A stretch of DNA of 64,000 bases from Bythopirellula sp. (GTDB taxonomy: Bacteria > Planctomycetota > Planctomycetia > Pirellulales > Lacipirellulaceae), in contig OZ244170.1 of NCBI GenBank assembly GCA_965216565.1, positions 224,001 to 288,000 of the forward strand. The letters are read 5' to 3'. The translations under genes were made by a program, and so were the position numbers. Below are positions 32,330 to 41,962 of this stretch, one piece after another. Under the pieces are notes generated by a model, which was not told where the DNA came from, searched no databases, and worked only from the letters and a program-made list of their open reading frames with translations. Within the stretch, counting starts at the first letter, position 1. Each line of letters opens with the position of its first letter.

Positions 32330-33745
32330 CTATGGTAGCTGAATCGGCTCGAACCACAGCTTGCCTTGAAATTTCTCCTCATCCGATTCATGTGATACGG
32401 TAAATAATTGCTCTAGCTCATGTCTGCCTGAGTTTGGATGCCATAGTCCTTTGTTAGCTAGCCGAACTGCATACTCCACACGATTGTTAAGCTTCTCATC
32501 TGGGTCTGGCAAATGCAGGAATAGCCTATAGCCGCCGACTGGCATTGTCTTTGGAATGCCTAACGAGAAACTAATAACAATGGGCTGACCGGGCAGCCAT
32601 TGCTTTGGGTTCACGTTAAGCTTGGTTCGGAATTCAGTGCCTTCTTCCGCGTTGACTGCAATCAGGAATACATCACGAGGATTAATTAATGCAGCCCAAC
32701 CTGAATTGCGTAGCGTTATCGAAATCGATAAGCCTTGATTTGCTCTAGCATCAAGACTGCATCGGCTATGCAATAGCTCTAGACGATAGCCAAGCCGTCG
32801 ATCGAGTTCATTGAAAAAACCATTTTTACGCCAACTAGATATGACATCGGGATGGTAGCCCAAATTCAGATAAGTCCAATGGAGCCTAGACAACTCTTTT
32901 CGCGCGACCTTTACCGAAGTGTATTCGCTAACTTTGCAGGTCTCACCTCCCATCGGTACAAATCGAGATTCCAGGGCAAGTAACTGTTTTTCCTTTTGAA
33001 TGCGAGACTTCTCATAAGTTCCCATATCAGTTTCGTTGGCCAAGAAACAATCATTGTGGTAGCCAATTCTGGCTTGAGCCGTATTAGTGAATGGTTTCAG
33101 AGGTTGCTGAGAATCAACCACATAGCGTTTCTGCATAGGTGTGCGGACCTGAATGGAGCGGTTTGATGGTAGAGCTCCCAACAACCGAGTAGCTAGCTTT
33201 TTGATTGAATGAGCTTCAGCTAGGCCATTCGAAGAACTGTGGAGTTCTCCCCAAGCACCAATAAATCCCATTTGGAAGACGGAGATAACATCGGCGTTGG
33301 CTTGCAGCAGCGGTTCCAATTGGTCGACGTGCCGCATGATCGACTTCATGGGAGCATCAGGCTCACCAATTCTTGAGCTATAAGCAAATCGAAGAATGCA
33401 CTTACATCCTGCCCGTCTGATGGTCGCTAAATCCTCGCTTATGAGATCTAGCTGGATGTTGCTAAGCTCCTTGTCTCGAAACTTTGTAAGGTAATAGAAC
33501 CGGAGAACGAGTGTGATGTGGTCTTCCCGCAACTCACGGAGTTTCTCCAGCGAAAGTGGCTCTCCCTCTGAATGTGCTGTGAGTTGGACGTAGAACCCTC
33601 TATCAGGATTAGCAAGGACAGCAGTGCTCGGCTGATAGGTAACGTTAGAGACTGCTGCCCGGGACAATCTAGCCCCAATATTGGAATAGAACATCACGAG
33701 CAGGATGGCGATGCTCACGCAGACTTGTGTCCGAAATTTAGTCAT
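32330..33745 (-). CDS. DUF4874/DUF4832 putative glycoside hydrolase, secreted
   Basis: NPDRGFY, ILRFAY, GFIGAWGELH, HNDCFLA, GGETC and RRLGYR. Start 33745 or 33793. Confidence 0.8.
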   Translation of the reverse strand: MTKFRTQVCVSIAILLVMFYSNIGARLSRAAVSNVTYQPSTAVLANPDRGFYVQLTAHSEGEPLSLEKLRELREDHITLVLRFYYLTKFRDKELSNIQLDLISEDLATIRRAGCKCILRFAYSSRIGEPDAPMKSIMRHVDQLEPLLQANADVISVFQMGFIGAWGELHSSSNGLAEAHSIKKLATRLLGALPSNRSIQVRTPMQKRYVVDSQQPLKPFTNTAQARIGYHNDCFLANETDMGTYEKSRIQKEKQLLALESRFVPMGGETCKVSEYTSVKVARKELSRLHWTYLNLGYHPDVISSWRKNGFFNELDRRLGYRLELLHSRCSLDARANQGLSISITLRNSGWAALINPRDVFLIAVNAEEGTEFRTKLNVNPKQWLPGQPIVISFSLGIPKTMPVGGYRLFLHLPDPDEKLNNRVEYAVRLANKGLWHPNSGRHELEQLFTVSHESDEEKFQGKLWFEPIQLP

Positions 33746-33803
33746 AAAATCACGAGAGCGAGCCCTAGTTTCAAAATTCGGGTTGTTAAACACGGCTATC
33801 CAG

Positions 33804-35012
33804 CTAAATACGCAAGTAGATTTTACGTAGGTGCATCCAGTAAATGATTAACCATAAACACAATCCCACAGCTAAGTTATCGAGCAACATCTGATACGTG
33901 TTGCCTAGGAATTGGAAGGGCACCGTTCCTAGATGTCGATTGAGTGTGTCTAGCCACCAGGCTGCGGTCATGTAAATCATGCAGTACATGGCGATCGAGT
34001 TGCGACCCACGATTACCGCCGGCATCGCCCAGGATTGCCATTTCTTGATGTCGATCAAGGCATACAAAAAGGCCAAGACTAAGAGGCATAGACCTGTAGA
34101 GAGCAACCCGAAACTGGGTGTCCAGATTTTCTTGACAATAGGACAGATCCCCAAGAACTGAAGAAGCACTCCCAGCGTGGCTAGGACTAGGCCACCTAGG
34201 ACAAGTCGTCTTACCTTTTGATTTGGATCTAATTGTCCTCGCAAGAGTTCCCCTGCCATCAAGCCAAATATCATCGTGGCCAGTGATGGAATGAAGTTCA
34301 GCGTGTTGTAGCCCTCTTCGTGAGCGACAAATAAATTCTCTCGAGGAAAAAGGTTGAGAAACCAGACATCAAAGAAGTGGGCCGGATGTATGTTCTTGTT
34401 CCAATGTGAAAAGAAACCATCGTAATAGTCAACGCTAGACGCGGTCCCATATTGAAATTCTTTCCCTGGCAGTGGCCAATAAGCAAATAGGCACCAATAG
34501 AAGAAGAGCAGGCCAAAGGCGCAGGCCATTTGCACCTTCCAGCTTCGTTCCCAAAGAACAAACAGGAATACATAGCCGAGACCAATTTGCGTAACAACAT
34601 CTTCGAACGTCCAAAAAGTGCTACTCTTGCTTAGAGATCGCAAGAACACACCCAAGAGAATCAATACCACAGCACGAATCACTGCGTGGCTAAGCAATGC
34701 CACATAAGAGTGTCCTCTCCGCCGACGAGACACATAAGAATAAGCCATCGACATGCCAACCATGAACATGAATGACGGTTGAATCATGTCCCAGAGAACC
34801 AAGCCTTGCCATTCGACGTGTTCGAACTGTTTAAGCAATATCTTGAAAATCTGCGAATCCGAATTGGACTCCTCTATAGGAACCATCCAATTCCAATGGG
34901 CCGCAGTGAAAGCTAGAAGCAGCATCACAATTCCACGGTACGCATCCAAAGATAGCAATCGATCTGGCTTGCTTATTGCCGGAGCCATTCGATCTGAGTT
35001 GTGATCGGCCAT
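33804..35012 (-). CDS. HGSNAT-like membrane N-acetyltransferase (heparan-alpha-glucosaminide N-acetyltransferase/DUF5009 type)
   Basis: RLLSLDAYRG, HVEWQG..WDMIQPSFMFMVG, PIVKKIWTPSF and GRNSI. Confidence 0.8.
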   Translation of the reverse strand: MADHNSDRMAPAISKPDRLLSLDAYRGIVMLLLAFTAAHWNWMVPIEESNSDSQIFKILLKQFEHVEWQGLVLWDMIQPSFMFMVGMSMAYSYVSRRRRGHSYVALLSHAVIRAVVLILLGVFLRSLSKSSTFWTFEDVVTQIGLGYVFLFVLWERSWKVQMACAFGLLFFYWCLFAYWPLPGKEFQYGTASSVDYYDGFFSHWNKNIHPAHFFDVWFLNLFPRENLFVAHEEGYNTLNFIPSLATMIFGLMAGELLRGQLDPNQKVRRLVLGGLVLATLGVLLQFLGICPIVKKIWTPSFGLLSTGLCLLVLAFLYALIDIKKWQSWAMPAVIVGRNSIAMYCMIYMTAAWWLDTLNRHLGTVPFQFLGNTYQMLLDNLAVGLCLWLIIYWMHLRKIYLRI

Positions 35013-35642
35013 CGTGTCCAACGGATATGCGACAAACTATCGTAGAAAAGTACTGGTGGACCGAGGCGATTCCCATCGCACCGCTATGGCGGTTAAGAAA
35101 GTCCTGTTGCACTTGATTTTGCCATGGCGAGGATTTCGTGCATAGCAATAATGCAGTGTGTCCTGCAAAGTTTCTCACAATGTCTTGCAGCCACTTACTT
35201 TCAATACTCGCCGACCCAATAGTCTCGCCTAAAGTCCTTCAGGTAACAATGTGCGTAAACGGCAAGGCATAGCGCAGGCTGTCGAGCATAGCGCGGACTC
35301 TTGTGAATCAGTTTTAGCTAGTACCCTAATCACACTGCACTCAGTATATGACAGACACTCAGATATATAGCTAGACTTACGACTATTGATACCAGAAGAG
35401 CTAAGCCAAGCGTGATAGTTCGCGGCCCAGTATGCTCTATGTGAAGACTAAGACCGTCACCTGACGGGCTTAATACTAAATGGCATTAACCAATCACCGA
35501 GTGTTGACGCCCTTCATTCTTCGTATTCTACTGTCGATGAGGTTTTGCTAGGTTCACGATTACTAATTCCTTTGGCCTATAGATCACAGACCATCTAAGG
35601 CTTCGCCAACCTGCTTCCTATAGTCGACAAATAGTGTGACTC

Positions 35643-36536
35643 ATGACTGGCACTTGGACTTCCTACCGGAGCGGCGACGACTATGAAGATGCTGTTTGCT
35701 TTCCACGGGGTTGCCGAGAACAGTATTTGGTTCATCCAGACTTATCTCACTCCTATCTAGCGGATCGCGGAGTGATCCTGAGTGGGATCAGTCACCTGGT
35801 AAAACCCTACACGGTCCAACGGTCAAATCCGGGCTATCACGTCCTGCTATTCTCGGTTAGTGGAAAGGGAGATTTGCTTGCGGGAGGCGAACGTCGCACG
35901 ATAGGGCCCGGCGAACTCTTGGTTGCCCCTAGCGTCAGCGAATATCGATATGAAGCTTCGAGAGAATGGAGTTGCGTTTGGTTTCACTTAGCAATGGATG
36001 CTCCTTGGTCTAAGGCATTCCCTGAGCAAGTTACGGTTGTTAATGCTAGGCATGTGAACTTTATCTCGTCGCTAACAGAGCAATACCTCGCCGAAAGACA
36101 GCACCGCATCGCAGATTCGAATTCTGTGGATCGAGCGCTTGCCAGCTTAATAATCATGTTTGTTGATCGTGAGCTTCGGCAGCTTGGTCAAAGCCGTAAA
36201 GATCACGACATTCGCACCCGAATAGAACATGTGTGGGAGAAAGTCGTCGCGAACCTAGCCTATCCGTGGACAACTCGTGCTTTGGCAAGCGAGGCAGATA
36301 TGTCCGCTTCTCAGTTTTCGCGTCAGGTAAAGATCTTTTACAAAGCCACGCCAATGGCAGTTGTTTTAGATTATCGAATGCAGCGAGCGAGCGAGATGCT
36401 CGCCTTCACGGACTACACCCTTGAGTCCATCGCGGAGAATATCGGATACGAAACGGCCTTCTCCTTTTCTCGTGCATTCAAAAGGCAGGTTGGCAAAAGT
36501 CCGAGCGAGTTTCGAAAAGAGACGCAGCCCAAGTAA
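35643..36536 (+). CDS. AraC-family transcriptional regulator
   Basis: N-terminal cupin; C-terminal IAENIGYETAFSFSRAFKRQVGKSP. Confidence 0.92.
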   Translation: MTGTWTSYRSGDDYEDAVCFPRGCREQYLVHPDLSHSYLADRGVILSGISHLVKPYTVQRSNPGYHVLLFSVSGKGDLLAGGERRTIGPGELLVAPSVSEYRYEASREWSCVWFHLAMDAPWSKAFPEQVTVVNARHVNFISSLTEQYLAERQHRIADSNSVDRALASLIIMFVDRELRQLGQSRKDHDIRTRIEHVWEKVVANLAYPWTTRALASEADMSASQFSRQVKIFYKATPMAVVLDYRMQRASEMLAFTDYTLESIAENIGYETAFSFSRAFKRQVGKSPSEFRKETQPK

Positions 36537-36939
36537 GTACTGGAAGCTCACAGCTACCGCTGCAGCATTCATAGGATTGACTCCTATCTCACCCACTTCA
36601 CGAAGCAGCGAGATATCTACGAATGCTCCCTTTTCCGATCGTTGCTTAGCACCCCTTCGGCGCCATTGACACCTCCAGTAGTGGTGTTCCAGCTATGCTG
36701 GCCAATACGCTAGGCCCCTTAAATCCCGAGGATCAGCGAAATTTATCTTCCAAGCATGACTAAAAGTGGTATGGAAAGAAAAATCCAAGCCATTCTACTC
36801 TTAGCCAATTAACACCATAATTGGAGGCATACCTAACAATGGACAGAGCAAGGCTAGGATACGGATGCACGACCTTATCTCTTCACAAGCACAGTTACCT
36901 TCTCGCAGTCGAAGACAACCTGGTTCAAGGAACCGCCCC

Positions 36940-37995
36940 ATGAGTTCGGATACCAAGCGAACGCCATACGGTTTTACTTTGGTAGAATTGCTAGTCGTAA
37001 TCGCCATCATCGGCGTTTTGATTGCCCTCCTATTGCCGGCGGTGCAAGCTGCACGAGAATCAGCTCGCCGGACTCAATGCTCCAATCAACTACGTCAGCT
37101 AGCTCTCTCCTTTCAAAACCATCACGACACTTTCGGTCACTTACCTACTGGTGGTTGGAGTTGGCAATGCTTGGGCGATCCCGACAAAGGATTCGGCAAA
37201 GAGCAGCCAGGAGGCTGGATGTTCAATATCCTGCCTTTCATCGAGCAGTCCAATCTTCGCGAACTTGGTTCCGGCTCTACCGGGGCCGACAAGACCGCGG
37301 CCACAAGACAACGTGTCGAATCGCCATTCGAAGGGATGAATTGCCCGAGCCGACGCTCGACCAATGTATACGAGTTTGAAGGCAGCGGAAAAACCTTTTG
37401 GGACTCTGATCCTTTTACCGTTTGCAGCAAAACCGACTATGCTGTAAACGCGGGCGACATGCTTGCTACCGAGCTATTCGGATATCCGCTCAGCGAGTCG
37501 GACTACAATGACCCAGGCTACAATTGGCAAAATTATGGCACTAATCTGTATAGCCACTTTAACGTTGTTAACTTTGGCATAGAAGAACGCAACGTACCCA
37601 CGGGAGTTGTTTTTGGCCGGTCAGAGATTAGTTTCCGACGCATTGAAGATGGAACGACAAACACCTATCTGGTGGGTGAGAAGTACATGTCGACGGATCA
37701 TTATGAAGACGGGTTAGATTCTGGGGATAACGAACCAGCTTTTTCTGGAAATAATAACGACACGATGCGTACGACTTCAGCAATTCGAACACTTGGCAGG
37801 AAATACGAATTAACACCTGATCAACCTGGTGATTCATCCGTAGACGATCGCCAATTTCTTTTTGGTAGCACACACACGAGCGGCTTCAACATGGCGATGT
37901 GCGATGCCTCTGTTCAGTTCGTGAGTTTTGATGTCGATCCTGAAACCCACAGGGCCAGAGGGCATCGTTACGACGGAGTTGTTGTGAGTGAGTGA
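36940..37995 (+). CDS. DUF1559 (SBP_bac_10) prepilin-type N-terminal protein
   Basis: GFTLVELLVVIAIIGVLIALLLPAVQAARE; DGTTNT..VGEK; H-x9-DA C-terminal motif. Confidence 0.92.
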   Translation: MSSDTKRTPYGFTLVELLVVIAIIGVLIALLLPAVQAARESARRTQCSNQLRQLALSFQNHHDTFGHLPTGGWSWQCLGDPDKGFGKEQPGGWMFNILPFIEQSNLRELGSGSTGADKTAATRQRVESPFEGMNCPSRRSTNVYEFEGSGKTFWDSDPFTVCSKTDYAVNAGDMLATELFGYPLSESDYNDPGYNWQNYGTNLYSHFNVVNFGIEERNVPTGVVFGRSEISFRRIEDGTTNTYLVGEKYMSTDHYEDGLDSGDNEPAFSGNNNDTMRTTSAIRTLGRKYELTPDQPGDSSVDDRQFLFGSTHTSGFNMAMCDASVQFVSFDVDPETHRARGHRYDGVVVSE

Positions 37996-38259
37996 CAAGG
38001 CCGTATTGAGTTTGTGGAATAGCATTCCGAAATATGAAGATCAGCAAGTTGTATTTGGAGTTCCAGTATTTCACGGAAATCGGGCCACTCGGATGGTTTG
38101 CCAAAAATAGCTTTAACTAAGATGCTAGGGGGGATTAGAATCATTAAGAGTTGTAATGCTTGAGGGTTGAAAGCAGTTCCTTAGGGAATCGCTTAATCGA
38201 CTCACTCGTCTTTTCTGTATTTCTCAGTTCTTTGATCGACAATAAGGAGTTTCAGTCTA

Positions 38260-38931
38260 ATGACAGCTAAAAGTTTTCTTAGAGTCGCTGGAAGCGTGGC
38301 CTTACTTGCCATGCTGAGCACCAGTGCCTGGGCGGGCACTTTTTCGACCATGACAATTGATGGTGCGTTCGCAGACTGGGCCGGTATTCCTGTCCTCGAT
38401 TCGGATGCAGCCGACAACGCTGGTTCTGTTGACCTCGCCGATATCCAAATCGCAAACGACAACAGCAATCTCTATATTCGGGCGACGTACCATGGCGCTC
38501 TAGCTCAATCGACATTCATCGCAATGGACATTGATCAAGATCCGAACACCGGATTCGACACATTCTCTCTCGGTCTTAGCGGTTCGGAAGTAGCCTGGCA
38601 AAATGACTTCGCTTTCGAGCAATTCGCCGGGGGATTCAATGTAGGCGCATTGTCGGGCCCTAACTTTGGCGGGGGCCATGCACTGATGGCGCCCTTTGGG
38701 GATTCAAGCAGTCGCGAATGGTCCATTTCTCTCAGCGCTCTACATGGTGGTGGAGTCTACGGAAGCGGGACCATCTTTCCCGATGACAGTTTCGACATCC
38801 TGCTCTACTCTGATGCGGGTTCAGGTGATGTGTCGAGTAACATTTCCTACACGTTGGCCATTCCTGAGCCAGCGAGTTGTGTGCTAGGGCTACTCGGATG
38901 CTGCCTGCTTTTGGGCAAACGACGCAGCTAG
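38260..38931 (+). CDS. PEP-CTERM protein with acidic beta-sandwich-like domain
   Basis: Signal peptide; IDGAFADW..IANDN..DIDQDPNTGF; IPEPAS + TM + KRR. Confidence 0.8.
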   Translation: MTAKSFLRVAGSVALLAMLSTSAWAGTFSTMTIDGAFADWAGIPVLDSDAADNAGSVDLADIQIANDNSNLYIRATYHGALAQSTFIAMDIDQDPNTGFDTFSLGLSGSEVAWQNDFAFEQFAGGFNVGALSGPNFGGGHALMAPFGDSSSREWSISLSALHGGGVYGSGTIFPDDSFDILLYSDAGSGDVSSNISYTLAIPEPASCVLGLLGCCLLLGKRRS

Positions 38932-38967
38932 AAGTCCAAGACTTGCAGAGATATGCCTCCTGGCGAA

Positions 38968-38997
38968 GCAGGAGTGTGAGATTACTCACACTCCTGC
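38968..38997. repeat. Perfect 13-bp intergenic hairpin
   Basis: GCAGGAGTGTGAG-ATTA-CTCACACTCCTGC, no U-tract. Confidence 0.7.
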
Positions 38998-39074
38998 AGA
39001 TAGCCAGTGTCTAGTACGTTAGATTTAGTTCAAGCAAACAATTGATGTAGTCCACACAGCTTAGGAGTTTTGCA

Positions 39075-40001
39075 ATGAGATGTTCACGTGTTCAAACATG
39101 TTATCTGAGTGTGCTTGTGTGCCTCAGCGCAATGTGTTTGCTTGCCGATAGAGCGAGAGCCGTTGTAGCTCCCAGTACATGGACCACCGACATTAACGTC
39201 CAGGAAGACCCGAATCTTGTCGATCCTTTTGACGACTGGAACTCATCAGGTATTCCGTTTGTCGTTACCGATCCAGAAGACAATCCTGGGCTTTGGGACA
39301 TTAACCAAATCCGAATTGCAAACGACGACGAATTTATCTACCTGCACGTCACCTACCACAACAACCTCTCAGTCGGAACCCTCCTGGGATTTGATCTCGA
39401 CCAGGATCCGAATACTGGTTTTGACGTACAGGACCTCGGTTTGATTGGCTCGGAATTGGGTTACCTAAACGATTTTGCTTTCGAGCAAGAAGATGGAGTG
39501 TTCAATAACGAAGATCCCCTACTCGGCGGACCCATTGGAAATGGCGGTGCGCTGATTTGGCCATTTTTCAACATCAACGGGCCAGAAAAGGAATATGCCA
39601 TACCTCTGGATGCCATGTTTACAAACGACATGACCGACCCCAACGGCCCTCCAGTGCAAACGCCCGCTTTTGCGAGCGATACCTTTGATCTGATGGTTTA
39701 TCATGACTTGGGACTAGGAGATATTACTGAGGTCATCACTTACACGTTGGCGACCGATCCAAATCCGTGTGGCGATGGCGACTTCGATTGCAACGGATCT
39801 GTAGATGGGATCGATTTCTTGGAGTGGCAGCAAGGCAATTCGCCGAACAATGGCAGTTCGGGGGATCTCGCATTGTGGGAAACCAATTACAACACACCTC
39901 CATTAGTAGGTGCAGTAGGAGCCGTTCCTGAACCAACAAGCATCATGCTGGCAGTCTATAGTTTGACACTCCTAGGATGTCGACGTCGAACTGCCGGCTA
40001 G
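39075..40001 (+). CDS. PEP-CTERM protein, paralogue of 38260-38931, with dockerin-like repeat
   Basis: IANDD..DLDQDPNTGFD..LGLIGSE..NDFAFEQ; GDFDCNGSVDG; VPEPTS. Confidence 0.8.
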   Translation: MRCSRVQTCYLSVLVCLSAMCLLADRARAVVAPSTWTTDINVQEDPNLVDPFDDWNSSGIPFVVTDPEDNPGLWDINQIRIANDDEFIYLHVTYHNNLSVGTLLGFDLDQDPNTGFDVQDLGLIGSELGYLNDFAFEQEDGVFNNEDPLLGGPIGNGGALIWPFFNINGPEKEYAIPLDAMFTNDMTDPNGPPVQTPAFASDTFDLMVYHDLGLGDITEVITYTLATDPNPCGDGDFDCNGSVDGIDFLEWQQGNSPNNGSSGDLALWETNYNTPPLVGAVGAVPEPTSIMLAVYSLTLLGCRRRTAG

Positions 40002-40163
40002 AAGCCAAGGATCGCTGTGCATCGGGGCAGCATGCACGGCTGGCAATGTGCTCTCGGGTATATTGCCAGCCATAGGAAATTGACTGATTTAGGCCGGATA
40101 CTTCACGAGTACGTCTGCGGTGGCTTTTGGATACAGTAGAACATCGCACAGAAACGAATCGCA

Positions 40164-41900
40164 ATGCCTTACCCAGAACAGAGCAGCTTTAGACGTTGGA
40201 TTCTCAACCAGCAATTCTTTGCTTTGATGTTGCTGACGATATGGCTTGTGGCCCCTGTCGAAATGACCAAGGCATCTGAACCGCCATTGCAGACAATTAC
40301 TTTTCAGCCCAGCACGGCAGACTTCCTCAATCCAGAGCGCGGATTCTTTCAATTTACTGATCTGACCAATCCGTGGAGCTACGGCTCAATTCGATCTCAG
40401 GGGCAAACGCTCGTATACGGTCGTATCTTGGCGGATAACTTTCGCACTGGCCCTTTCAGTCAATCTTTTCTCAACCAGATTCAGTCCGGCTTTGATGCCG
40501 CTCGAATTCATGGCATCAAAGTAAAGCCACGCGTGGCTTACAACGATGATGGCGGAGCAGATGCACCAAAGTCAGTCATCCTGAATCACATTCAGCAGCT
40601 CAAGCCGCTTTGGGAAGCCAATAAAGATGTGATCTATCACATGGATGCAGGTTTCATTGGTGGCTGGGGCGAGTGGCATAGCTCTTCCAATGGACTCGAT
40701 AACAATGCTGATCGAACTGAAATCCTGAATGCCATTCTCGACGCCTTGCCATCAGACCGCATGGTGGGAATTCGTACGCCTCATTTCAAGCGGGAGATAT
40801 TCAATGGGGCACCGGGAGACGATTCCCTGAAGATCACATCGGCTAATGCCTTCGACGAGTCTAACCTAACCCGCGTGGGACATCTAAACGATTGCTTCCT
40901 TGCATCCTCTAGTGACTTCGGGACATACGTTACCCCGGGGTGGTCACGGCAGGACGAGATCAACTATATCGGAGGTGAGAGCGAGTTTTCACCTCACGGG
41001 GGCGAGACGTGTAGCCCAAGTGCATTCTCGACTGGTACTAACGCAATCGCTGAAATGACTCAGTTGCACACGGACTATTTGAATATTAATTACCACCCCA
41101 CCGTCATTCAAAGCTGGGAAAATGATGGAAATACATCGGGGGGTTTCGACGACAGCTTCGAAGAAATTAGCCGACGGTTAGGATATCGCTACGAATTGCA
41201 GACAGCAGGATTGCCGGATGCTGTGAAGCCAAGCGGACTTTTAGAAATAGAATTCACGATCGATAACGTAGGATTTGGAGAACTCTTCAATCCGCGGAGT
41301 ATAGAGATTACTCTTGAAAACAATTCGACTGGCGAACTTTTCTCAGCGACTCTGCAGGCCGACCCTAGATTTTGGAGTGGTGGTTCTAGCAATCAGGTAG
41401 GGGCTTTTTTGAGTGTGCCTAAGGACATGGAAGAAGGGACATATACCGTCGGCATAAGAATGGCCGATAACGAAAGCTCGATTGAGGGGGATGTCCGATA
41501 TTCCATCCGATTTGCGAATGACGGCGTTTGGGATAGTAGCGAAGGGATCAATGTTCTCAAGACCGACTTGCAGATCTCCCACAGTGCGTTAGGCACTAGC
41601 TATCAGTTGGGCGAGGAGTTTGAAGAAGTGAGTGATCCATCGGCACTTCTGTTGGCAGGTGATTTCGATGCTAATGGTACAGTGGACGGGGCTGATTTTC
41701 TGGAATGGCAAAACGGATATGGAGTTTCCTACAATTCTACTGACCTGGTTCACTGGCAAGCGAATTATGGCCAAAGTTCAGGCATCGTTGCTAGCGCTAC
41801 TTTAGTACCCGAACCTGGCACTGTCTCATTATTCTGCTTAGCGTTCATGGCATCACTGATACCGAGGAACCAAAGGTTCACTGCTGAATTCAACGCTTAG
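40164..41900 (+). CDS. DUF4874/DUF4832 putative glycoside hydrolase with dockerin-like repeat and PEP-CTERM
   Basis: NPERGF, GFIGGWGEWH, NDCFLA, GGETC and RRLGYR; VPEPGT. Confidence 0.82.
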   Translation: MPYPEQSSFRRWILNQQFFALMLLTIWLVAPVEMTKASEPPLQTITFQPSTADFLNPERGFFQFTDLTNPWSYGSIRSQGQTLVYGRILADNFRTGPFSQSFLNQIQSGFDAARIHGIKVKPRVAYNDDGGADAPKSVILNHIQQLKPLWEANKDVIYHMDAGFIGGWGEWHSSSNGLDNNADRTEILNAILDALPSDRMVGIRTPHFKREIFNGAPGDDSLKITSANAFDESNLTRVGHLNDCFLASSSDFGTYVTPGWSRQDEINYIGGESEFSPHGGETCSPSAFSTGTNAIAEMTQLHTDYLNINYHPTVIQSWENDGNTSGGFDDSFEEISRRLGYRYELQTAGLPDAVKPSGLLEIEFTIDNVGFGELFNPRSIEITLENNSTGELFSATLQADPRFWSGGSSNQVGAFLSVPKDMEEGTYTVGIRMADNESSIEGDVRYSIRFANDGVWDSSEGINVLKTDLQISHSALGTSYQLGEEFEEVSDPSALLLAGDFDANGTVDGADFLEWQNGYGVSYNSTDLVHWQANYGQSSGIVASATLVPEPGTVSLFCLAFMASLIPRNQRFTAEFNA

Positions 41901-41962
41901 TAGACTTTTCCTCGCCAGAGTTTCACATTCCAGATCGGGATGACGTAGTTAGCACAACTCAC

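Noticed and set aside
35022..35642. Long intergenic gap in island B (also 31929-32329 and 49768-50166) as an integrase pseudogene or ncRNA
   Set aside because: No R-H-R-Y motifs or convincing structure found by eye; TBLASTN and Infernal are needed to exclude this.
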